Of a stretch of 64,000 nt of DNA, positions 11,102 to 28,808 are shown piece after piece. The stretch is taken from the NCBI RefSeq assembly GCF_964204865.1, contig NC_135259.1, positions 5,642,001 through 5,706,000 of the forward strand, written 5' to 3'. This DNA comes from Styela clava. Its lineage: Eukaryota. The notes under the pieces are model-generated. The model had not been told where the DNA came from, did not search any database, and saw nothing but the letters and a program-made list of their open reading frames with translations. Within the stretch, counting starts at the first letter, position 1, and the number at the start of each line of letters is the position of its first letter. Both the position numbers and the translations under genes were made by a program.

Positions 11102-11444
11102 CTTTAGCATCACCGGTAACCTCAAAAAAACTTACAATTTTTGCGTAGCAATTATTTTCAGAATCCGCCTTCACACCGACGTTCGATGGCACGTGATCAT
11201 GCGTCCGCAGAACGTTCGGTGTCGTCATGGCAAACAAAAAAAATTTTCACAGAGCTAACAGAAATATTCGAAATAAATAAAAATAATAGCCCTCTGAAGA
11301 AATTTTTTTTATCTGTAACCACCGAAAATTTCAGAGCAATTGGTCCAGTAATCAAAGAGAAAACCACTAGGTGTCCAAAAACGTGTCAAAGAATAACGAC
11401 AACATAATATTGAAAAGATACATAGGTCCACTACGTGTCCAATA

Positions 11445-11690
11445 ATTGCGGGTGCAAATGCATATGGGTGCAAACTTGCAAATGTTCCACATTTGCACCC
11501 ACTTACATTTGAACCCGTGAATTGCACCCAAGACATTTGTACCTACATACATTTGGATCCACCGACATTTGCACCCACAGACATCTGCACCCCATACATT
11601 CCTACCTACAGATTTTATCACCCGCAGACCCATAGACATTTGCATCCGCGTATCTTTGCACCCTCGAACATTTTAAAAATATACCGGGCA
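11445..11690. repeat. Minisatellite array of about 15-16-bp ACATTTGCACCC units, with inverted units at the left end
   Basis: About a dozen degenerate TTTGCACCC units in tandem, preceded by GGGTGCAAA copies. Confidence 0.75.
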
Positions 11691-12109
11691 TTTCGAACTG
11701 TGTGATTTATCGAGATTCGGTGTAGTGTAGAAATATTGCAGGATTGTAGTACATCGGACAAAATGAATTATGTATGGGAAGTATTAGTCAGTCAGTATTT
11801 AATGGTATTTTTACAATCATGCTGATCCAAATTTTTTCTCATTATAGATACTGCACTACAAAAGAAAACGACAATGTTGACAAACGCGGGCGCTAATCCG
11901 TGGTGCTATCAGCGCAATACCTGTAAGAATGAAATTGTCCGAAAAGGTATATGAGTAGATAACAGTTGCAGAAAGCTTAGATAGGCTATTCATATTGAAA
12001 TACTTTAATGGCACTTTTCTGCAATTGAAACTGCTCATCAAACTGATGTTGGAGAACTTCATTGAGTTTTTCAATTCATTTTTTTCTCTCAACTATGAAG
12101 ATCTTCTGA

Positions 12110-13099
12110 GGTTAACGAGATAAATAAAGCTGAGGAATTTGTTTGTTCACTGTATGAAGAAGATAGGAAGAATGTAAATGATACCAAGGCAAGAGAGAGA
12201 TTAATTATTTTGTCAACCAAAAACAAACAGTCATCAATACGAAAAAAAACATAACACAAATAAAATAGCTTTGGTATTGACGAGAGCGAGCGATACGACC
12301 ATGAGGTCAACTCCCATAAAGTCTTTACAAAACTGGCAAACATATGGATTATACTCTCCACCCAACAGTGATTCACTGAAGAAGAATGTTCGAGGGCAAA
12401 TTACCAGGCAGGACTTCATCACGGTCGTCTAGAAACAAGGTCAATTACTTTCCCACCCATTGACCATGATGGTGTTTGCGGGGTAAATTGATGGTTCTAC
12501 TTCAAACCACCAAAATCAGTTCTTGAGTTGGCAAACTGCAAGTGTAAGAAAATTAGGTGTCAAAATAATTTATGCACGTGTGCCAAAAACAACCCAAATT
12601 GCACAGATTTTTGTATCGACGACAGTACATTTATAGAAGAAAAGTCGATGTTTGAGAGTGAGGATTTCGGAAGCAATTCAGAGGAAGGAAGTTAATTTAA
12701 CAAATATTGTTTATTATTTTTTTTTCAGACATCTGTTAGTGTCAGAGGTCCTGTTTCTATAAATAATATTCCTTTGTTTCAAATACACGACTACCAAAAC
12801 TGAAAAAACTAATTGTAAACTGCTTGTCTGAGGAAGTCTGATTTTACGTCACAGAAATACATTTGTGTCAATGTGCAGCAGGGCTCTTGAATTGCATAGT
12901 TCTTATGCTGTGTTGTTGTAAACCTATGGTTATTGATTTTCTGGGAAACCCCTAATATTTAATTTCGCATCAGGATTGCGGAACAAGCTGTAATGCGTTC
13001 ACTATATTCATTTTCATACCAAATTAAAGAATTTAAATAGTTTAGATGTGCATATGAAACTCATTTCTAGGCGTTTTTCAGGGCCTCGTCTCACGGCCT
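12110..13099 (+). mobile_element. Academ-like DNA transposon 3' remnant (XPG-linked region plus Cys-rich finger)
   Basis: Broken reading AEEFVCSLY...RANYQA...KSVLELANCKCKKIRCQNNLCTCAKNNPNCTDFC with an acidic tail. The element end is placed tentatively at CTCGTCTCACGGCCT. Confidence 0.55.
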
Positions 13100-13146
13100 G
13101 GTAGGGTGGTTCATGTAACTGCTGGTCGGTTAAGTTTTTCTATCGC

Positions 13147-13484
13147 GGCGCGGCGGTGTGGCTCAACGGGCTAAGCGTTAGGAATATGCTCGCCACGGCA
13201 CCTCTAATTACTCTGCGTGGGTTCGCAGGTTTGAATCCCATGCAGGGATGGTTATGTGCGAGAGGATTGCTGGACTCCTCGCCGTCGTTGGGTGGTTCAC
13301 GTAACCGCTGGTCGATTACGGCTTCCTCCACCACCAAGTCCATGATTCCGAAAACAAACAATATAACTAATCCCATACCCGACTTGGAATGGTAACCGGA
13401 CGAGAGGCCGTGGATCGCTATATATGTATAAGCCGTCTTATCGGTTTTCTTCTCCCCCGGGATAAATATGTAAATCCTATCCTA
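13147..13484 (+). mobile_element. Full-length tRNA-derived SINE, inserted into an older SINE copy
   Basis: Same family as 3725-4076. It is flanked by SINE mid-part sequence (about 13100-13146) and a second SINE 3' end (13485-13640). Confidence 0.9.
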
Positions 13485-14933
13485 AGAACAAAAACTGGCT
13501 AACCAATCTCATACCTGGCATGGGCTGGTAACCAGACGAGAGGCCGTGGTTTGCCATATGATTAGGCCGCCTTATCGGCTTTCCTCTCCCAAGAGATAAA
13601 TACATAAATCCTATTCTCATCCCCGGGATAAATATGTAAAAACAAGAAATTTTCGAAGGTTAAGGGTTGTCGAAGCTCAACATGTTTTCGCTGTAGTGAA
13701 AACTGTGTTTTATCTAGTAAACTTCGTTGCTGGGGTTTAGCGTTCAGGCATTTTCAATATTCGGTTTGAATCGCTCACTTCAATCTCTTTTATTTTATCG
13801 TCGACCATCTCAGTATGGAAATACATCGTAAATTGATACCTAAATATAATCAAGTATACTCATAATCAGACTAGTGTTTAGCTCACTGTTCACTGATTTG
13901 CCTGTAACCTCTAAACCTGGAAATGTTTTTTTTTAGGTGGACCTGCATTTAGTTACAGATATTCATGGCACAGTAGCTTATTTCAACTCTTATATTACAA
14001 AAAGGGAAATAAATATACAAGGATTAACGTTAAAACATTCCTGCATTTTTTCACTCCTCAGATATGATCTTCAATCGTCGCTGGGTGACATATTCACAAA
14101 ATTTGGTTTGTATCTTCATATTAGCTTTGTAGTATAATTCTATTGTAAAAACATGGCATTTAAACATACCTAATAGCTTAGTTTCTACATATCCCTTCAA
14201 TCTTCATGTATCGAGGATCTGTGTACAGGTATAGTATAGATGGGTGGATGCCATTGTTTACTTAGGATAGGATTTACATATTTATCCAGGGGAGAGGAAA
14301 TAATAAATATATAATAATAATAAATGAATACTTCAGTATTTATTGTAGCAGAGAGCAATTACTATTATCATAATAGGCCGACACCATATCTGCAGTTGGG
14401 ATTAGGTCAGACTAACTTCCTATTCCACTATCTTTGTGCCAGTGGATCTAAATAATGCAAGGATATTGTAGCACGAATAAAGAAGACTATACTCTGATAC
14501 TACAGTTACTATGTACCCCCTCTTGCCCCAATTATATTTTCATAACATTGTTGTATCAAAATTTCTTTTACTAACAGGAAAAACATGTAGGATAAATTTC
14601 TGTGTTCCTAACTTGTATAAATAAAATGAGAGCTTGCTTAATTTTTTTTTTTAAGAATATTTTCAGAATTTTTAAATTTAAACTTGAAATATTTATCAAG
14701 CAGTTTTTCCCTATTTGATTCAATTCCCAATAAAGAAAAGAAGGTACATGTTCATTTTTACTTTTTTTGTCATGAAGAAACTGAAAATAAATTCACCCCG
14801 ATCTATAGTTTATTTGTATTATTTTACAGATTTTGTTTGCCATTGTCGTTCTTGCGTGGAGTTACATTTTATATGCTGGTGTGCTCAATGCTCAAGTTAT
14901 TCTTCAAAATCGATAAATATCTAAGTAAGAAGA

Positions 14934-15839
<906 letters not shown>

Positions 15840-16393
15840 CATGTAGTCTATGGCATTGAGCGCCAGTACGAAAGCATTAAGCATGGAAAATGCGGAAGGG
15901 TCAAACAGGACAGCTTAGTAAAAACTGTGTTTGAAAAAAACATCCACAAGTACTATATAGTTAGTTGCCTTTTATTTATTACTTTTATATGTCACATATC
16001 TGATTCATCATGTAGTCTTTAGTTGACTGCAGAACTTCATACAACTTGCATTAATGGCCTCTCTCTTCCATGGTTGTCAGCTAAGAATTGCATTGAAAAT
16101 AAAAAATATCTCATTGTGTATTTTGGCTATGAGGCATACAGAAAGCAACGGTGCAGAGGATTCTATTCTGATGCGAGACTAGCTTGTCAATGGGCAACAA
16201 AAAAATATAGCTTTAGATAGGCGGTGCACTGAGATTTCTTGTGATTAGATTCATATAGATACAGTCTCAACTTCGTGTTGCAGGGTAGAGTCACGGCTGT
16301 GCAAATGAATTGAAAAACACAATTTACAACATTGATGCAGTGACCCATATAGACAGCTTGAATCGTATATTCTTGCTTGAAATTACCAGTGTG

Positions 16394-21249
<4,856 letters not shown>

Positions 21250-22141
21250 TCAAAAACAAGTGTGATTCGATGCTGTTTTGAATGAATTATGTGCATGTAG
21301 ATTCCGACAAAGTTAAGAGCATATATTTGTATGAGGTTTATTGATCTATATATTTCATTATATTTTTTATTCACTTTTTGCTAGTTGAAACAAACATATA
21401 TATAGAAATCTTACGCCTTTTAATCGTTTCCCGGATGGTATTTTGAGAATATGCCATTGGTCTATAGATAAATCACAACAGCTGAAGTTGTAAAGTATTC
21501 GTTATCATTTTTTACGTGTTCGTAGTAACATGTCCTACATGATTTCATTTTTTCCTAATAGTCTCGACATGACTCAAATTACATTTCTGAATTCAATTCG
21601 TCTGCATTTGAAACCTTACAACAAACACATTCGAGTTTTTATACTTGGTGTACATGTTAAGCTATAAAACATGTTGGCTGTTGATTGGTGAACGCAGTAC
21701 AAGATGATAAATTTACGATTTTAACCAAGATAGTGTTAAAGAACTTGAACAGCTTAATGTTATCTAAGCGGATGACGTTGTTGCGTTTATCTACTTCTAA
21801 TTCTTCACGAAGATAGCCTACCATTATTATGCTGCTTAATTTCGATTGTGGCACTCAACTTGAGTTTTTATATATATAACTGTGAAATTAAAAAATCGAC
21901 TTATGCGTGTGAAAGCAGCTTTACGTAAGGGGCAGAGACAATTGGAAAAAGTTTAGGAAACACAATAAAAAAAGAATTTACTGTCGAATACAAAGCATTC
22001 AATTACACAAGAAATAGTCTGAGCACTTGTAGAGAATACACAAAAACCGTTTCTAGTTAGCAAAATCTTTATATCAAATTATTAATTTTCGCCACCAAAT
22101 GGCTTCAGTAGGAATGTTACAAGCTCTTGCAAAACACAGCT

Positions 22142-23909
22142 TTACACTTCGCACAATGCTCCTCTTCTCATAAAATACTGATCATAATTCATCAGACCGA
22201 TGGACCCAGCATCGGTTGAATTATCTATGTAGAGGTTCATTGTTGCATTATTTGTAATCGGATATCCTGTCAGAGTCGGTAGATCTTCAGCAATTGCGCC
22301 ATTAGACAAAATGACATACCTTCTCTATAATACAAACAAAACAGCCTAATAATTGCGGGTTACTCACAAGTCATAAAAAACAGATTGAGTAAAACTATGA
22401 ATACTACGTGATATTGTGAATTTACAATTCTAACATTTATTTTAATTAAATCTTAAATAACAAGCCGTATCATATCTACATCTATAATATATATATAAAA
22501 ATATTGGTACTCCCGTATAGTGTGTGTACCAGGTTAGGGTTAGTCCATAATTTTTTCCGATTTTCTTTATTTCAGTTCTACTACGAGTTCGGGGACTATC
22601 TGTGTTAGCCAAGTGAATATACCCCCTGTCCGTAGGATTCAGTCCCTTTACACAACTTGATGTTAAGTAGCCGAAGAAAATTAGTTACATCCATATTGGT
22701 ACACACACTTCTAGAGCGCCAAAATATTATCATTGTCATAAATTTACTCTTGATTAAGACTGGCAAGTGATTGATAGAAGGAAGGTATTACTCAGCCATG
22801 TGTTCGACATAGCTTGCCGCAATTCAATAAATATATATATCATACACGAGGGTGTGGGTTGGGAATTGAAATCACCTCGGTAATTGCATTGGGACCCGGC
22901 TATTAAAAACGTTTAACACAAAATCCTAAATAGTATGTTGTGTTAAAGATTTATAAAAATAATTATAAAATAACATACTCTGTGATCCCATCTCATTGCA
23001 ACCCATACAGTGACATAATTTGTCGGTTCAACAAGAGTGAGAAGATATTTTTTCAATTTTTCAAAATGTTCTATTGAATAAACATTAGCCAGCTTCCATC
23101 CTATTTTATGGCATAGATTTTTCCCCTCCTCATAATCTACATCTTGCTTTTCGTGCAAGATCGCACGATAGCACTTTTCCTCGTACCGCACAGGACACGT
23201 ATCTATGGTAAGTAAATTATTCGCAAATAAAAAAGCAATTAGTCAATTATAAAATATATGATAAAAAAGTCATTTACTTGAAAAAAAAAAAATAGTATTG
23301 AATTTTAGCCAACCTCGAGTGATAGTTTCCGATTCATTGACTTTTTTGTTCAACAATTTTCCAAACCTCTCCTCCATATTGATCAGTTTGTTTTCCAGAA
23401 ATGTAATTCCTATTAGAATTCCATATAAATTAGATACACATAAGCAATATTGGATACTAATAACCGGGAAAAAGCTTTCCATGCAAGGAAGAATTGCTCA
23501 AATATTTGGACCTATCACCGGGCCCACTGCATAGAGTCTATAGTCTGTCTGTAGCGAAATTTCTTGCCAACAACGATCGGCACGTTTACATGATGGAAAA
23601 TTGTTTCTTTAAAACTGAAAAACTGAAAAATTCAGCAAAACTAAATCCTGTATAACTTAGTTTGCATTACTAGATTATAAGTATTAATGAATTCATACTT
23701 TCTGCTAGATCTTCATTGATAATTTCAAAGTCCGCTTTCACAGAAGAATCATGTAGCGCCTTCATTACAGCTGGTTCTCCAGGCTTTGACATATCTTCGC
23801 ATTCGGACGCAAACAGTTCGCTTATTTGCTGACAGAGATGTGTTTTTGTGGCATCGCTAAACTGCCAAATAGCTGAGAGCAACAGAAGTATACGAGTACA
23901 TCTATTCAT
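22142..23909 (-). CDS. Secreted C-type-lectin-domain protein, 237 aa; exons 23909-23699, 23409-23314, 23202-22979, 22324-22142
   Basis: Signal peptide MNRCTRILLLLSAIWQFSDA, a helical neck, then a CTLD: CPVRYEEKCY...YEEGKNLCHKIGWKLANV...VWVAM...GALCEV*. All junctions are GT-AG and in phase. Confidence 0.8.
22506..22720. mobile_element. Merlin-like MITE (second subfamily) in lectin intron
   Basis: GGTACTCCC...GAGCGCC termini and perfect 8-bp TSD AAAATATT. Shares GGTTAGGGTTAG and TTCTA.TACGAGTTCGGGGACTA with 19962-21120. Confidence 0.8.
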
Positions 23910-24280
23910 CGCGATTAAGTCTATACAAAATTTATAAAGTCAAGAAAATACTTTCAATTATGATTGTTCATGCCTGAATATACGCAAAAAGTGGTTTAAT
24001 TTGTATATACACAAGCTAACCAGAGCTACATACAATTTTACAATATATATATATAGTAAATGCCTGAATACACTGGCGAGCACGTTCACTGAGTGTTTGT
24101 GGAAAGTTACAGAAATTGCTATGTTAAACGCACCTCACGGAATTTACGAAACCGGTATTTTCGCTTAGAAAAACTTCCTTCTAATATATATATGGTTACC
24201 TCGGGCGTTTCCATAATTTTTTTTTTCGTTTACACGGTGTTAACCAGTTTTACGATAGTTTATTCAAAAACGTTTATTAA

Positions 24281-24392
24281 CAGGCTTGTCCATGAAACAT
24301 ATTTTTCTGTCTCATTCCATCTCATACCAATTTATGACTGTCCCGTCCCATCACCTGGGACGTTTACAGCAGGATTCCCATGGACGAGCATA
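24281..24392. mobile_element. Short MITE with CAGGCTTGTCCATG-type ends
   Basis: CAGGCTTGTCCATG...CATGGACGAGCATA; related to 25463-26057. Confidence 0.55.
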
Positions 24393-25462
24393 GCAATCAA
24401 AGCGCTCATACACATAATAGGGAAATCGCAATGTAACTATATATATGGTATCCGAACTCCTAAATTACCATACTCTCCCCTTAGGTCAAAGTTGGATTCA
24501 AATTCTAAACTCAATTCATTTCAAATCGTAGCAGATTAGGTTTAATATTAAGGTTATACTCCAACCCTTAACAAATATGTTACGATCAACTCTAGAAATA
24601 AATCAAATGAAATCGGGAAAATCAAGCGATTTACCGTTTTAATCATTAATCTTCACATCGTGTGACTTGAATTTTACTGGTTCAATATAAATAACTAATG
24701 GTATTAAATCAACTAATGGTAATAAACATTCACATGCCTAAGGCATCCTAACGCTTTGTATTACGTAGGTCGCATTCTCGCATGTCTGTTTTTTCTGATA
24801 CTAATGAAATAAAATCATGTAATATTTGATATATATTGCATATCTCTATGATCAAATTAATGGTATCGACAATCCCTTCTTTCCTCGGCAAATGTTAGAT
24901 GAAAATGATATTTTATCACCCCAGCGATTTGCAAAACTGCGCAACTGTGACATATAGATTACAACATCAGCAATAACTTATATTCTTTTCTTACATAAAC
25001 TGCGCTATGCTTTTTGTCGCAAAATGAAAATATTGTCTGATCCCATTCAAAATTAAAAAAAGCATTGTTGGTAAAAATGCCATTTCATCGCTGCACGATT
25101 TATTAAATATCAAGTTTCATTTATTTCAATTACTTCTTTGCGGCCCAGACGATATATATACAAACTCAATGATAAAAATGTTGATAACGGATGGTATTTG
25201 TTATTTCATGAGATTTTACTCATATATGGTTTTTCGGCATGACATTATCTCGAGGGTTAAGGTATTAATAGAACATCTACAATAATGTATGATTTTGAAA
25301 ACATGATTCAAAAAGCAATTGAAAAATATTTTCTTGTAAATTGTTTTACAAAAACAACAATGAAATATATTTGCTTTTTAAATCTGTTTGTTATTTTTGG
25401 CGTGTACGTACAAAACAGAAATCAAGCATCTATCGATCCATACCAGCTCTAGTACATATCTC

Positions 25463-26057
25463 TAGACTTGTCCATGCGAATGGGATTGGATGTGACAGCA
25501 CACATTTTTATCACGCATGGGACGTACACGTAAGACAAGTGGACTCGTGGGGCAAGCGGGACACGGAAGACGATTGGGACGATTTTATATAAGATTACGT
25601 TTTCTGTACGTCAACAAAATTAACATTATGTTCTGGCGGGCCGATATGAACAAAACTTGGCATGTGAGTCGGGGATGGTGTCAACGTCATTGCGATCGGG
25701 TCAGAGAAAGAGGATTTTCGTGTTTTGGTGGCGGGTAGGCTACCTGTCAATCAAGCCATCAATCAAGTTGCACTCGAATGATTTTGTGGTTTGAGGTCGT
25801 TTCCGAGGAAGGAGAGCGTTTGATGGTCACTGGGAACTTTTTCAATTAGTTTAGCTGTGGGGACGCGCCCCGCGCCCCGCCCGCCTGGTGTTGACATAGA
25901 AGCACGTCGCCGGACGAATTTTCGCGCCACAGATTCGACTCCCCTGGTTGCAACGCAATCTGAATTTTCCTAAATTTTATAACTTTTATTGAAATGTATT
26001 ACAATGGGAATCCCATGAAATGAATGGGCAGAAAAACATGTCTCATGGACAAGCCTG
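25463..26057. mobile_element. MITE with (T/C)AG.CTTGTCCATG TIRs and ATGGGA subterminal motifs
   Basis: TAGACTTGTCCATG / CATGGACAAGCCTG; no TSD visible. Confidence 0.6.
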
Positions 26058-26741
26058 CGGGTATTTACATCTTGATTTGAGCGATGTTGTCAATAGCTGA
26101 CTAAAGCACGCTACGAACCAGTGACAATTGAAATAGGGGAAACAATTGATATCCGCTAAATTCTGAGAGGCAGTCGAAAGAATAGTTTTTGTACGAGGGT
26201 CGAAGTTTCCATTTATTCTAAGAACTTCCAACATTCCATCAAATAGATAAGATAATTTATTTTTAAATTCGACGTGGTACGAAAATGATAGCGGACAAGA
26301 CTAACACACAGAATGAAATTCACAAAAGATGGCTGAACTCCAATGGACGTTTTGCCGACCCTTGATCCACGCTTGAATATTTATCTGAGCGAAAGAAGTG
26401 TCTGAACGTCGGCATAAATTCCAATTGTTACGTTATCGTTAACTTATTGCTGATTTGTAATTGTTACAAAAATGACCAGGAAAATTGATACTAGGGGAAA
26501 CATCTATTGGGTTTTAAACTTGACACATAAAACAAGAGAGCAACGCTCAAATATATATGCGCAATATGCCAGATTAAATATAAGCAAAACTTTTGTAGAC
26601 AAGGTCAACCTTTAATGATATAGAGGACTTGTACGGGTCACGTGACCTTGTTTACTGGACGGCAATAAAACAAAAACGTCCATTTGGCTCCTGTCAGTTG
26701 CAAGTCGGATTATACGTTTCCGTTTTGTTTGGCTGTTGAAA

Positions 26742-27750
26742 ATGGTTATTTCGTATTGTTCCGCTGGCTGTGCGTATGGTATAGACAACGAAACGGATCT
26801 TCAGTTATATTCCACTGTTTTCAAAAGATCCGGAACGTCGCGCAATGTGGATATCATCTATTGGCAAGACTGCTTGGTGTCAAGTCCAGAAGCCATCTCA
26901 CTTGTGTTTCACTGTTTGCCGACAGCTCTTCGTTGATGGTGAGTCATAATGTGCCGTAATCAATTTTTTTAAATATTCATAAGCTCCCTCATTTCGATGG
27001 AAAGCAGATGACAAACTACTGTTATTGGTAGGCCTAGGCGTAGACCTACCTGCAGACTTGACTCGTGTAAGGTATTAATCAATAATTGCCATAAGGTATT
27101 GTTTCCCTAGTTAGCAGGTAATCTATTAGTAAGTGTGAAAAGTTGAATAGATAACTAAAGTTTGAATTCTCCATCTAAGAATACGCTCGCCACCGCATCT
27201 CTGATCCCCCTGGGAGTTTCACAGGTTTCAACCCCATGCGGGGATAGTTATGTGCGAGGGGATTGCAGGGAGGGAGAGATTGGATCTCCTCCCACTGAGG
27301 GTGGTTCACACGACCGCTGGTCAATTACGACATCCCCCACCATCAAGTCCATGCTTCTAAAACAAATAACTGGCTAACTAATCCCGACATAGAATGGTAT
27401 TCGTACGATGTTGCACCTTGCAATCTGTCCCCAACCACAGATAAATTCTATCCTAAAAACTACTCACATTGGTAGGCATAGTTGCGTTTCAAATTGAAAG
27501 AAATCTTCATTAATGGTCAGAAGGTGTTGTCTGATTGTTTTATTAGTTAGCAGGTAATTTATTACTGATCTGATATACAAACTTGGCACTGTCAAATGAT
27601 GATTAGTGTTTAATTTATTTTCAGGAAAAAGGGAAGATAACCCATTATCAGCTGCTTATATGTCCCATCGATATTTGAATTTTCGCCATCTCCAGAGTGG
27701 AAGAGAATAGTTGGTAAAAGGGGAATTTTGAAGAAAGGCAAAAGGCAGGA
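26742..27750 (+). pseudogene. THAP zinc-finger pseudogene (exons about 26742-26938 and 27625 onward); inverted copy of exon 1 at about 29063-29253
   Basis: Combining both arms: MVISYCSAGC...IPKDPERRAMWISSI...TVCGQHFVDG|GTGAGT intron|KREDNPLSAAY/VPSIF (THAP C2CH and AVPTIF box), with frameshifts. Confidence 0.8.
27175..27455 (+). mobile_element. 5'-truncated SINE in left arm
   Basis: GAATACGCTCGCC...AAGTCCATGCTTC...GATAAATTCTATCCTA. Confidence 0.8.
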
Positions 27751-28099
27751 CCATTTCAACAAATTCTGCTAACTTGTATGCGTTGCAATATTACTTTGCA
27801 GTTGTTAGCATAAACATTTAATGTGTCTTTCGACTAGACCTACCACACTTTAAAAGAAGCCGCCTACACCCCTTTTCACTAGAACTATAATACTGTATAA
27901 TATTTGATAGAAATTACCCCCGAGGCATCATATCTTCCATTTGAAAGGGATGTGGAGGCAGATACATTTTTTACTCTAAATTATGAAATGTTACTTCCAG
28001 GTTATCTTATCCTTGCTTATAGATATCTTGAGGTCAGTGACTCCAACTGACCCATGCATTTTAAACAAAATGTTGCGGCTAGCCGGTTACCCATCAGAA

Positions 28100-28350
28100 T
28101 TTTCTTTCAGATCACAAAGTCGCAATATTACGCCTCGCTAAGTTGCATTGACAACTGTATCTCGTTGTAGTATCGGTGTCCAACTTTAGACTGAAACCTT
28201 CACTACCAGGCTCACCGAAACAATTTTTTTTCTTGATAGGGTCGTCTTGAAGTTGCTTTCGTTAAAGCACGATGGACACTTTATCTCCACCAATCCACAG
28301 TAATCACAAGTTACTTTGTCATTAGGATGTATTATCAAGTCTCGCAAGCT
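28100..28350 (-). pseudogene. YqaJ/lambda-exonuclease-like pseudogene remnant
   Basis: LIIHPNDKVTCDYCGLVEIKCP then, after frameshifts, HRYYNEIQLSMQLSEA*YCDFVI*. Confidence 0.8.
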
Positions 28351-28598
28351 GAGGTCTTGTGCCACTGTGGTCTTGTTGCAACTTATACTTTGCCATCCAT
28401 CTATTCCATGGTCGCACCCATATCTGTAAGATAATGGATACAGATAGAGTTTTCATAAAATCTAACGATCAAAGAGTGTGGAATTTATGTCCATATCCCA
28501 CCACAGCCACTAGTCGTAAATGAATTTGATTCCGGGTAGCATATCTTTTTTACCAATGACAATAAAAAGACATTTTTGATCAGTTGTTCAAGCACCAT

Positions 28599-28808
28599 TA
28601 GGATAGGATTTATCTGGGGGGGCGCCAGTTATTTGTTTTCGGAAGCATGGACTTGGATGGTGGGGAATGGTCGTAATCGATCAGCGGTCATGTGAACCTC
28701 GGTGGGAGTAGAGCTGCAATCCTCTCGCACATAACTATCCCCGCATGGGATTGAAACCTGTGAAACTATCAGGGTGATCAGAGATGCGTTGGCGAGCGTA
28801 TTCCTAGA
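28599..28808 (-). mobile_element. 5'-truncated SINE in right arm (same insertion point)
   Basis: Same truncation point and flank as 27175-27455; TAGGATAGGA tail. Confidence 0.8.

Noticed and set aside
11445-11690. CRISPR-like array
   Set aside because: Units are short, degenerate and adjacent with no unique spacers; the context is eukaryotic with no cas genes.
24093-24539. 148-aa ORF upstream of the lectin gene
   Set aside because: GTG start, no recognisable motif, and it reads through a MITE.
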